Below are positions 38,901-51,400 of a stretch of 64,000 nt of DNA, in pieces. The stretch lies in contig JAHLWZ010000347.1 of assembly GCA_020536535.1 (NCBI GenBank), positions 1-64,000 on the forward strand, read 5' to 3'. This DNA comes from Pelomyxa schiedti (Eukaryota; Protista; Evosea). The position numbers and the translations under genes are program-made. The notes beneath the pieces were generated by a model. It was not told the origin of the DNA. It did not search any database and worked only from the letters and a program-made list of their open reading frames with translations. Position 1 is the stretch's first letter. Every line of letters starts with the position of its first letter.

Positions 38901-41900
38901 CCCTTGTTCTCACTGTGTTGGACCAAACACTTGAAATGAGCAAACTGAGGGCTCCAAAGGAAGACCCCAATTCCCTTGTGCCTCTTTTCCCACCCCTGCT
39001 TGGCACCCAACCCGAAACACTTCCGCTTTTTAGTGCACGAGATCATTGGGAGCAGAACATGCGGGAATTCATTATCCAAGGCAACCTTCACCTTCTTCAG
39101 CTTGCCAAACCAGAGTCAATTTACTTTTGCAAGCATCTCCCAGAGAGGTACAAACACAGTTACCTTTTGGAGCAGGAACACTTCTCGTTTTACCGCTTCC
39201 TTGGCCTCCTGTGTAAAGCACATTTTTCCTTTGTATCTCGTACCTTGGGTGACACTGAAAATCAAAGAGGAGGCGAGAAGGAACAAAGAGCAACAACAGT
39301 GGTTGTTCCTCAGAGAGGGGAGTATTCATCCAAGTGGTGTGTGTTCACACGAACCAGTGCTGAAATCATCACTCTTCCAACAGACAAAAAACTCCAAAGG
39401 AAGATGTTTGATGTGCTTGTTCAAACTGGTTCAGTTCCGAAAGGGTCAGAAGAGAGCCCTGAGGATTGGATGGAAGTGTTGAGCCTTGGTGAGATGTCAT
39501 CAAGTCAACAATGTTCCTCCCGTGTCCATGATTTTTGTTGTTCTCCAAAGAAAATTCTCTTGTTGTGTGTTGCTGATCTATCAGTTGCAACCACAAGTCA
39601 AATCAACTTCCTGAGGAATGAGATCAATGAGAGGTGGAAAGTAATGGAAGAACAACAATGTGAGCATCATGAAGCACGAAATGAGGGGCAACATCTCCAC
39701 CGTGTTGCTGTTCTCCTGCTGCACTTCTCAGCAGAGATTGGAATGAGAGCTGAGAGTTCTTACCATGCAATCTTCCTCAACGGTTGGGACTTCCTTTTTG
39801 TGGATGCTTTGGGTGTTGTGGCTGGTTCGTCTGGAGCAAATCCTCGCACGGAAGTAAACCCACGCCCGTGGCTTGCGAGAGCGTTTGGGTTGAATCTGAG
39901 GGACAGTGAGTCTGACAGCATGAAGCGGGACTTGTCAACCCAAGAAATGGACACATTCAGAGGTTTATTCTTCGAACTCCTTCGGCAGTTTTGCAAATTC
40001 ATGACTGGAAGTGGGATCAACACAACGACCTCAACACTTGACCATTACCAAGCAAAGGTCTTTTATGGGAAACCGGGCAATGTGGATGCAATTGGTTCCC
40101 CACAAAACCTCAACATCTGCATTGCAGACAAAAGTGAGGAAAGGTTCCAGATCCTGAAACAGCTTTTTGAAGAGAACCCAGTTCTTTACGAGGGGATTCT
40201 CGAACAGTTCAGCCGTTCCTGGAATTCCAGATTCCTCAATGAACTCGTGTGTGAAGCAAGCACGGAGTTGTTTCGTGGGTCTTGTGTGGTGAGCTTTGTG
40301 ACCGCAATTTCTTCTTCTCTTCAGAATTTCATGGCTCCATTGGTGAGCACGATGCTCCAGATGATGCTTTCCTCATTCGGACTCGATTCTGTGTTGAACA
40401 TGTTTGAAAATCGCCATAAAGGGAAATTGTTCACGTTGATACACAGTGTTTGCTACACCATTCCAATCCCTCCACTTGGCAAACCAGTGCTCACCAATTC
40501 CAAGCAGCTGATGAGTTGCACACCCACTGTCACTGTCTTGAGGACACATCCATTTCCACCTGAACTCCCTTTTTATGATTCAATTGCACACCTTGTCAAC
40601 ACCCAGGTCATTCGTGCAGCCAGAGAGATGTGCCACGAAAAGCCCTCCCCCCAAACTTTGCATGGGAAAGTGCTCGAGTCAATCAAGTCAAATAAGCTCC
40701 TTGACGAGCTACTCGAGAGCATCTGGTTGAACCCACCTTTGTTCACCATGTTCAAACGGGACTTTGTGACCAGGTCACTGAAGCTCTCCACCCTCCATAT
40801 CTCAGAGTTCAAGAACCTTTTGGGTTCCAATGCCCAGGCTGTTGATTTAGAGGGCAGGCTGGGCCGGTTCAGGGAAATGATTCTCAGTTGTATCCGGGCA
40901 TTCGAGATTTCCCTTTTGGAAGACATCCCTGAACTGTTTGTGATCAAGAGGTTCTATGAACCAGAAATCAATTATTTCATGGCACTTGTCACTCCTTTGC
41001 AGCTTCTTGATCCCGCCCTCACACCAGAGCAGTTTGACAGGTGCAGAAGGCCTCCAAGATTTGGGAAAAACCAACTTCAGGAGATGGTGAAGTGGGTTAC
41101 AACGCTCACAGCAGACCTGCTGTGGGAGAGGTTGACACAGGAAATCCTCACAGGAGGGCCAAAGCTTGATTCCCATGCCACTGTGAATTGGGGCCAAGTT
41201 TACCGCCACTTCTTCAGCACTTTGAAGTCGAGGTCCGAATTGGCCACCCTTCTCTCGAACTGTCCCGAAACAATTCAGAAGCTTGATGCGATGCACGTTG
41301 TGTTTGTGTTCCTCTCCAATTGCCGGGCACAGAGTTTACAGCCCACTTTCCCTTTCCTCACTCCGAATCCTGCCTTGTCTCGAATATTGGAGCAGTTTGT
41401 GTCAACTTCATACACCCCAAGCACGCGGTTGAAATCTGGACTGCTCCTTGCTCTCAACCTTCTTCCTCCTGATCCCTCCAAGTCCTCTGACGAAGACATC
41501 CAATCAATTTGCAGCATTGTTGAATACATGCTTCAGGAATCAGACAAGTCAATGCTTTTTGATGACTCCAAGTCAAATTTCTTTTTTTTCCTCCAAGTTC
41601 GTTTCCACCTGCATTTCGATATTATTTTGTTTTCGTTTGACTGAGTGTCTTCTGATGTGATTCTCAGATTTGCAACGACTCACTTGATGACTTTGTCAAC
41701 AATCCTGTTTTGAGGGGCTATTGCAAAAAACTCATTGGGAACATTGGCTGGGTTGCCAACTTTATTTTTTCATGGCTTGAACCAAAACCGAATTCTTGTA
41801 TTTCTGAAATACTTCAGCTCACATCTGATGTATGGACTGCTTTAAATGTCAAATTGGCTAACCTCTTCCCTCTTTTTTTATGTGCACCACTTGTCCGTTG

Positions 41901-44900
41901 CTTTCACCAACATTCTGAACAGTTAATAACCGAAACAAAACCTTCCTTTTCTGCAGAAACTTACCACTACTCACCGGATCTTCTCTCCCCCACCCAAATT
42001 CCAACAGCACATTTGCCTCTTGAGTTTCTCTTATATCACATTCTGTTGAAATTCATGCAACCATCAAAGGAGGATAAATTCCCTCAAGTATTGGCAATCA
42101 ACACCCTGGAGGATGCTTGGAACATACTTATAACAGTTCCAAGAGGTCCAAGAGGTACCCACAAATCACAGAACCCCTGTTTCACTCACTCTCATTTATC
42201 AGAAGGAGAACATGTTTTAAATCAAGTGAAGAAAGCTGCCAGCAGGACCATTCTTCTTGCACTCCTTGCTTCCACTCTGAGTGGGCAGACTGGGCTTTCT
42301 GCACGACTACACAAAATTAAGCCAGAGATTGTGCAAGTTGTTTCACAGGTATTTTTTGTTTTGTTTTGCTTTGTTTTAAGTTTCTTCCATATTCAGCTTC
42401 TCTCACGTGGCTCGAAAATTGTTGTAAATGCCAGAGGATTCTTCCTTGGTCAGATCTCAGAAGAAACTTTCACATCACTTCTCCAAGACCATGACGCTTT
42501 GGGCCTTTTAGGTCTTGAAGACATGTAATCTTCTTCTAGTTCCTTCGTTCCCTCTATGTTTAATGTAATCCTGTTCAGGAACAGTAAACCTGGAGCTCAA
42601 AACGCCACAGCAAGGCGGACTGAAGCTATGACAGTTCTTCCTTCGTGCATTCTAGGTGGTGGTGAATTCTATGACCTCATCCAGACCCAGAGCAAAAAAC
42701 TTTCATCCACAGGACTTCTTGCCACGTTCTTGCAACAGGCCCCTGTGTTGAGAGTCTTCTCACACCTGCCCACTTTGGTTCATTTTTACCATATGTTGAA
42801 TTTTGTGTTTGCACCACTGATGAAAGGTTTTTTCCTCTAATTCCTTCTTCTTGATATCATGATCCCACTCAGTTTGTTTACAGAAAATAGAATTGTTGGC
42901 TCTTTTTCTGAGTGCGTTGAATGGGTTGGTTTCAACTCCCCAGCAAACAAGGCGTCCATTTGTTCAGCTTACCTGAAATTTCTGGATGCTTGGAAGGCCA
43001 TTCTGACGGGATTCAATGATGTAAAACTCAAGTATAACTCGGTGCTTATTCTTCCTCCACTCAGTGCACCTCCCCTTTTTCCAGCATAAAAATAACGGAG
43101 ATTGGACCCAACACCCCATTTTTTGAGTTGGTGAGTTGGAAAGATGAGAGACAAGGGGACCTTCTTTTCACTGTCATCAGAACAATGACTGAAATTCAGA
43201 ATTCACTGATTCGACTCAGGAATGAGTGTGACACAGGTGAGGAATGTCTCGTTCTTCGTTATCGTCTAAGAATGCCCTCAGACGAAATCAACCCTTTTGG
43301 ATTCATTTTTGAACAATCATCTCACTCAAGCTCTTATAATGTTGATGCCATTCCGAACTCAACTTCTCTTCGTTCGTTTTCTTTTTCCCTTTTCAATTAA
43401 GAATTCCCAACATTTGGCTATGAGGCTAACACTTGACACCACAGAAATTTTAGTCACTGGAGGTCCTGTGGAGGATATTGAAAGAAGTCTTGTGACCCAT
43501 TGCCAGATCCCAGCCAATGGGAAAAGATGTGACTTGCATTTTGATGCCAACAGACTTCAGAGACATGTAAGCAAGTTTCCTTCTTCAGTGTCTGATTGAC
43601 GAAACGCCACAAACAGGTGATTGAGCGCTATTTGGCAGGGAAAGCCATGTTGACTGATGTGGAGAGCATGAGAACAGTGTTTCCTCTTGACATCCTTGAC
43701 ATCACAGCTGACCAAGTTTCCACTCACCCCAACAAAACTTGTTGTGATCACTTTGCTTTTTTTAGCAGCCCGAACCCGAGCGGAGTGAAGGCCAGGATCA
43801 ACTCGATTTTTCTCTTCAACAGCAGTTAAATAGGTTGCCAACCGTGTCCTCTCAACCCAGTGGCTGTCTTTCTCCTTTGCATTTTTGGCCTTGATTTTTT
43901 TTTTGTTATTGTGGTGGTGCATTTTGTGTTTATTAACGTTATACTAGATTGCACCCAGACTACCAGCAACCGAATCACAGTAATTACTATGCTCAGTTTG
44001 AAAGAGCTCTCAAAGGTTGTTTTCACATGACACTTTCCTTTGTCAAATTAATTTTAATCCAGGAGAGACTGAGGAGCACATCAGAGAATTGATGCAGCTC
44101 CTGACACAGCTTCTTGAAAATCTGCAGCGTGCTTTACGTCAACAACCCTCTGAAAATCAGCCGGACTCCTATCTTGGATCAGTGTGGATGCACCTGTTAC
44201 CTTCCAAGGTGATGCCAAATGCCCTTACACCCCTGAGGAACCAGCGTTTTTGGTGCATTGGTGTTGTTGTAATCAACGTTTTGACCAAATACCGAGCAAA
44301 GCAGTGGTTGTTTGCTGGAATGCCAGACAAGTATGACATGGCTCCCCCTGAATCTGTTCAGACCAATTTCTCAAGGAAAGTGGAAGAGGTATGGGTGCAC
44401 CCTGAAAAAAACTCACTGTCGGATTCTCCTCACAACTTCTCCCTCAAAAAAAAGATACTGAAAGGAACAATTGAGGTAAAACAGCGCATGCGTGCAGTGG
44501 CAAATGCCATTGTTGGATTTTTGAAGCTTGAGAAACTGGGTTCAAACCAGGAATGTGCACTAAAAACTCTTTTTGGTGATTACTCGGCAGTTGTATGGCT
44601 CCTCGTTTTATTTTCCTGCCCAGATTTTGTTGGGCTCAAGCATGCAACAACATCCCACAGGTGACAGAAACTGTTTTGCGAGAGGACATAGAATCCTTGA
44701 TTGGAAACTTGAGAGTCGGAAATTATTGTTATTTAATGCGGCAACTTCATACTCTATCCAGTGCTCTGCTTGTTGCCATTGCCAATGTCAGTTGTTCATT
44801 ATCTCTTTTTTTTTACGATTTATTTGCTTAAAATGTCTCCAACAGCACGCTTCAACAGTCCCAGCCAATGAAGTATCATTCAACATCCGTTTCTGTTCAC

Positions 44901-47900
44901 TCATTAACATAGTATCACGAACCTGTCGAGAACTTGCAGGTGTCTGTGCTTCCACCACCAAAACCAGTCGAAGAAGAAGAGAAAACTCTTCCTTTCGAAA
45001 TTTCTTGGCACAGTATCGAGCTCCCTGGTAATTCTTTTTTTTTGCCTATGAAAGATTAAAACCCCATACAGAACCAGACTTGCAAACTTCTGTTCCAGAT
45101 GGTACTCCGATTTGTACCGGGCCGCCTCGGCCCAATCCGCTTCCGTCAGACAAATACGATGTTATCTCACATTTTCCAATACCACCGAGTACTCTCAACA
45201 TGTCTACTACCTTCAAAGCTATTCCAGGAAAGAAATTTTGTATACACCCTTGTGATATTTCTTCTTTCTCTCCTATGAGTGGGAATAAAGACAACACAGA
45301 ACCTGACTTGCAAGCCTCTGCATTAGAGTGTGGGCTGAATTTATCTGGATCACATGAGCCCACACCAAGTCAGAACCCTGCAAATCCCTCTTTTGAACAT
45401 AAAATTGTTCCCCCCCTGCTTTCTCCGCATCTCTCTCTAAAAACACTTTCCCAAGCTATGCTTAAGGCAGTGGAAGACATATCAGTGCAGGTCAAAGAGG
45501 AAGACAATGACTTCCATATGTATCTGGAAAACATGAGAAGCAACTACCAAACCATGACTCAGACAGTTGCAACTACACAACAGAAAGCAACAAGGATTTC
45601 GAGTTTTGTGGAGCACTACAGCTTGTTTATGGAAAAGATGAAGAAACCAAAAAAAGTTATGGAAATAACTGAACTCCAGCTGCAGGTGGTCAGTGATGAA
45701 ACTTTATTGGCCATGCAGAGGCAGAGAATGGGGCTTCTACTTCAGGAAGTCTCACATCACTGCCTGGAGATGGTAGTCTATGACCCACTAGAAGTGGCCT
45801 CCATTTTGACAAAAGTGGAACAATATACCTTGGAAGCAAACGAGATCCTGGGGTCAGTCCGGGAGATCACATCAAACATGCAATCTGCAGCCATGGAGAC
45901 AGATACCCAAAGAACCATGCTTGAAGGAGATCTACAACTCATTGTACATGAAATCGATCAGCTATTGCCACAAGAGGGAAATGAAGCCCTAAGATTCCCT
46001 GACTGGCGACAGGTTCCCCAGAAACAGGACCCACTCAGTACCACAACCTACGGTACCACACACGACTTCCCTCCAACAAGTTCCAGCACTATCCAGCAGC
46101 GGTTGGAGGAGGAAAAGCAAAGGGCTCTGAAGCAGCAAGCAATTGCACTTGAAGCTGGCAAGAAAAAAGAACTTGAAGAACAGGCCATCATACTCAACGC
46201 AGAAAAGCAAAGAGCACTCGAACAGCAGGAATCTGCCCTCAATATAAAAAGTGCAAAAATACACAATGAGAAAAAACTTGCGCAACAAGCATATACCCTG
46301 GCTGTGGCAAACAACCTGGAAATTAACCTTTGTGGATTCCAGAAAGGAGTTATGGCTCTTGTAGAACTGAACGACCTAAGTCTAACTAATGCCGTCTGTA
46401 TTGCTAATGGGTCATTTGGGGCAGTGTGTAAAGTTCCTGTACTCCCACAACAGTGGGGGAGTGTTACTGGTGTACAATGCGGTGTGACTGCACCCTTAGC
46501 AGAGGTTGCATTGAAGATGATGTTCAATTTCACTGCCGGAATTAGAACCCTGCAACAGAGGACACAGTTTGAAAGGGAGTATGAAGTCTTAGTCAGGTAC
46601 CCACATTGGTGCTTCACAAATGTGTTCAACCACTTCCGCGGTGATACCTCCTTATCCCTGGTCAAGGAGAGCTTGAGAGGCAATTATGCAATCGTGGATG
46701 AAAAACGCAATTGGGTGTCAGGGTGCAGTGACACCAGGACCGCCATTCCGGTGTTTCAGCGAACCACGTTCATGACCATGGAGCTTGCAAAATTCACTCT
46801 GGAATCCCTCATTAACTGTCTCCAGGAACCACATCAGGAACAGCAGCGTAGTTCTCCAAAGGGAACCCCAGAACCAACCAACCCATGTTACATGGTACCT
46901 CCACTCAGCAAAGTGGCAGATATTCTTCAGTTGGCGTTTTGCGTGCTGTGTGCGGTTGACCACCTCAACACGCGAGGGTGGTTCCACTGCGACATCAAAT
47001 CTGACAACATCCTGCTGATGGAGAGGCCACACATCAAAGGAAACATCTGGGCTCTCTGTGACCTCGGAACCGCTGTGTTCTGCCAAGATGGGAATCCTCT
47101 AGTTTTGCCCAAGGGCGAGACGTTCACTGGAAATGGACCAAACAGGTCACCTGAAGTGATCCAGGCGCACATCACAGGCAAGTTTCCTCTGCTCAAAAAC
47201 GATGTGTGGGCCGTCGGCTGTGTTCTCTACGAGGCCATTTCCAGGACTCACCCCTTCTTTCAGCAAAATGACCTCAACACCAACAAGATATGTGACACCA
47301 ACCTCCCTCCCCTCGTCCCTGATCGTTCTTCTCTCGCACCCGACGCCGCCCACCCCAACGGTACTGCAAACAACTCAACGGTGTCGGGGCTTGTTGGATG
47401 GCTCCTGGAGCGGGAGGCCGCACGCCGGCCCACGGCCCGCGAGGCCCTCCTCGCCTGCGGTGCACTCGTGTCGCTCCCCCAGCCCCTCATCGCCCAATTC
47501 CTCGCCCATCTCCACACCAGCAACCAACCTCAGCAGGACTCATCCCGGACTGCACAACGCAATGCAGCAACAATCCCACCCCCACAGAATTTCCCGGCAC
47601 CACCATCAAACCTGGTCCCACCACCATTGGGACCGAGCCCACAGCAGCACCAGCACACACCACCACCACAACAAACAACAACAGCAGTACCTGAGGAACT
47701 CATCAGGTGCATGAGCAAGGCAGTTCACAAGGCACACAAGCACACCGTGACTGAAATCTTCCAACGCAACGGGCTGCGCTTTGGTGTTGATGTTGTTCCC
47801 ATACAATCATCAGCATCAGCAGCAACAGCATCTTCTGGGAGCCCCAACACCATGCAAGCAACCGTGAGTGAAGTGATGAGGCTTGTTTATTGCAACATGG

Positions 47901-47995
47901 CACTGCGTGACGTGCCTGATGCCGCTCGTTCTCTGTTCTCTTTCCTCAGTGCTGTCTCATCTCCCCGTTACAACCTCAATCTGCAACTATCCTGA
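32958..47995 (+). CDS. RNF213-like AAA+ / PINK1-like kinase fusion, copy 2 (apparently complete, roughly 30 short introns)
   Basis: The inferred start MTSIPPRLIRP^YVDSIRENG is conserved with copy 3. Same AAA and C-terminal motifs as copy 1. Phase-1 intron 45028-45071 joins ...WHSIELP-E-PDLQ... to the open kinase exon ending TGA at 47995. Confidence 0.85.
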
Positions 47996-48410
47996 TTTTT
48001 GTCGAACCAGGAAAAAAAAATTGAGTCTTTTTCGACAATACTTCAACACAATTCTTTTTGAAAACAATGCTTGGTGCTGGGAGTGAACTGAACCAACTAT
48101 TCTTGGTGTTTGGGCATGTACCTTCCTGATTCCATCAGAAAGATCGGCACTGTAAATCAATCCCAGGGCTTATGCAAGGCTATGTCAAGCTCGACCACAC
48201 AAATCTTGCATCACCTCTGAAGAAAAGAGTTAAAACCTGTGATCTCGCACTCTTTTAGGCATTCAGCAATTTTGACCTCCTGCTGAGGAGGGCTCACTCC
48301 CAGGCCTTCAAGTGAACAAACTTGGTTTTTACCTCAGGACCGGTTTCTACTTTTTGTTTTCGTAAATCAAAAAACTGGTGAGGAGTTGCACCGGCGTAGC
48401 TCGGTGGAGA

Positions 48411-51400
48411 ATGACTTCGGTACCACCGCACTTCATTCGGCCACGTGCGTGCGAAAAATAAAAGAGGTCTTTCTTACATAAATGACGTGTGTCGACAGAC
48501 GTGGACTCAATATGGGAGAACGGATGTTTCCGCAGTCGCTTGCGCTGTCACAAAAATGGTGAATCGCTTGCAGTGGTTCCCCCAAGAAGTGTTGACCAGA
48601 AAACGCAACCTGTTGGGCTTTCCATTCAAGAAATGAACAATGTTTTCAGGTGTGCACTCATTGTCTCATTGTTTCTTTCTTTTGACAGAAAAAGTCTTGA
48701 GGGAAATTCACTGAAGTTGGTGGAGATACTTGGAGTGGCCATGGTAAGAGTTCACGGAAATCTCTTTTAGCTTTTAAAATGAAAACTGGCAGCAAATACA
48801 CAGAACACGTCTTGAATTGGAAATCATGGGTCACCCACATTTCCAAGGAAATGATGATCTTCTCAATAAACCTGGAGAGTTGATGAACATTGAGATTTTA
48901 CAAGCTTTGCACACTTTGGTTGACTCCTCCTTTACTGCAAGAACCTGACCACAAATTCAAAATAACCAGTTGAAGCAACAACTTGCGGAGTGGAAGGAAC
49001 TCATGGTTGAAGTGTACAACAGGCAGCCTCGTCTCAACTTCCTCTCTGAAAGACAACTCACAAGATTTGGGGCTGCACTCACAACAGTGGCAGCTGAATA
49101 TGCCTCTACCCCACAATCAGCCACCCACAAGGTTCAGACTCTCACAGGGCCATACCTCTGGGCATGTTTCCCTGATGTGGAAGCCATTCCCCCCGAAACG
49201 GTGTTGCAGTGCCTGACGTCGGCAATCGTTGAAATTGGAGGGAGGCCTGAGCCAGTGCCAGTGGTCGAGGGTGCTGCAACAGTTGTGGTTCCCCAAGGTG
49301 CGGCTGTCTGCTGGAACCCAGTTTCATTGGTGAGGCTCGTGCTCTGCTTTGTCACTCAGGTTGCCAATTTGAAGGCGGTTCAAGTTAAAGCGGCAGGAGG
49401 TACAAGCGCCACAACATCGGACAACTCGCAAGACATCGTTGTCCAGCTTGCGGAAGGGTTCACTCCCAACGCACTGATGCATCTGCTTTTCGAAAACTTT
49501 TCATTCCAAAAACCACATCCATCAACGATCCTGCATTGCAAGAATGCGAACAAGTCAGACCTCGAACGGTTTCTTCGATGCATCAGCGGTTTTCCACACC
49601 TCACATTCGCCATTGTGGGTGTGAATGAGATGACGGATGAGCTCAGGCAGGAACTACTGTACAAGTGGTCCTCCAAAATGGCCACCCAAGACAGACCAAA
49701 AGCAAAAACTTTCCTGATCTTCACCTCCCGTGTTGGAATTGGTGCTTTCTCCAACAGTATCGTCAAGCAGCAGACAGTGGTGTTGGAGGAGGTCAAAGTG
49801 AGAATCGCAACATCACCTCTGAATCCCCAACAGATCATGGAGAACGCGAAGGCAAGCGTGGTGTGTTATTCTGGTGGTCCTGGCACTGGAAAAAGCACGG
49901 AGATCAGGGCAAAAATGGAACAGAGCAAGAAGAACTTGGAACCACTGTGCATCAGCATGACTGAGTGCTTTTCCATATCTGACGCGATTCCAAAATTGTC
50001 CCCTCTGTTGAAAGTAGCGAGTGGCGCTGAGGCAACTCCCTTCGTCGCCAACGTTCACTTTGACGTCAGTGCTTATGCTGACATGAGTGTTGTTTCAACC
50101 TTTTTTTACAACATGCTCATGTGGAGTGTTGTGTGGGATGCTGAGACAGGTGAGATGGTTCCCATTTATCGGGAAAATCTCAAATGGAACTTGTTTGTTG
50201 AGCTGGCAGCTGCACCACCTTCTGATGCTTTGGAAGGTTTTGGATTTGAGAGTACCGAGCTTGTGTTACAGAACATCCCCATCCTGAAACATGTTGGATC
50301 CTTTGTAAAGCAGTGTGGGATCCCATTTGTCGTGGATAACAATACTTTACTTGTTTCGAAGTTCTTGCAAGCAAATAAGAAGAGCCTTCTTGATAACCCC
50401 ACAGGGCTTGTGGCAGAACTCGATGCCAATCCTCTCTCCTTTGATCTTGTGGCAGTGCTTGAGGATTTCTTCCATTCCAGCAGCAGTCCTCCTGCGGGCT
50501 TCAATCTTTTATCACTGTCCACAGATCGAATGCTTCAGCAACGCTTTGTGTCTCTGCTTGCAGATCGGTGCAAATGGCTTTCAGTTCATGCACGCCAGAG
50601 ATTGACACTTTTCAATAGTTGTGAGCTGGCCAACAACCTCAGTGGAACAGTGCCCATCAGCAAACTCTTCCAGATGTTTGTGGAAGAGAGCCACGTTTTG
50701 TGCAACCCACCTCTTGGCTCTGAGCAGTTCATTTACACTGCTCGTGAAAAACCACCTCCTCATAGAAAAGATTCAGTGGTGGTGATGCAGCTGCCAATTG
50801 TCATACCAGTCATGGAACATGTTCCCCCACAACTTCCAGTTCCAGGAGAGTTTGTCCTCCCTTTAGCAGGGGCCGTTGAAGACCCAAGGTTACTCCGACA
50901 ACAACTGCAACTGACATTTGGAATGGAGAACATTCAGGAAGTCATTGAGAGGAAAAAGTACATCCTCACACCAGATTTTGCACTGAAGATGTTGCTTGTT
51001 TATGACCACATGAACGCCGGAACCAACCTCGTCATTTCTGGAGGCACTGGAACAGGCAAAACGGAACTTCTTGATGTCTTTGGCACCCTCCTCAACTCAA
51101 GAACGAAGTTGACACCCAACTTGGTGTCCAAGACAAATAAGTTTGTGCTCGGAAAGATGCTCAGCAGCATCCCAGCCATCCCCAAGCCTTTGTTGATCCA
51201 GTGTCGTGCCATCCTCCAGGGGCAACCACAATCCAAAGTTCCCCAAACACCTTTGAAAATTGTGACCCCCAAAAACGCACTTTCAAACACCTGCTGCCTC
51301 GAGTGGTTGGATGACAATGAGTTTTTCCGCCAGTTTCTTCTTGGAATGCTTAACGCCCACATCAACCTTTTCCCCCAGTTCGCAAGCAGGATTGTTCAAT

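Noticed and set aside
45028-45054. Alternative 27-nt intron (acceptor aaag) that would end the RNF213-like protein before the kinase
   Set aside because: In the true upstream frame it gives an immediate stop (GAT TAA), and it is much shorter than other introns here. The downstream CAG acceptor preserves frame in all copies. It remains a testable minor kinase-less isoform.
45080-47995. Kinase as an independent gene starting at the ORF-track start
   Set aside because: The listed starts (11252, 45080, 60517) are non-ATG codons, and a conserved phase-1 intron links the exon in frame to the upstream gene in all copies. An internal ATG isoform cannot be excluded.
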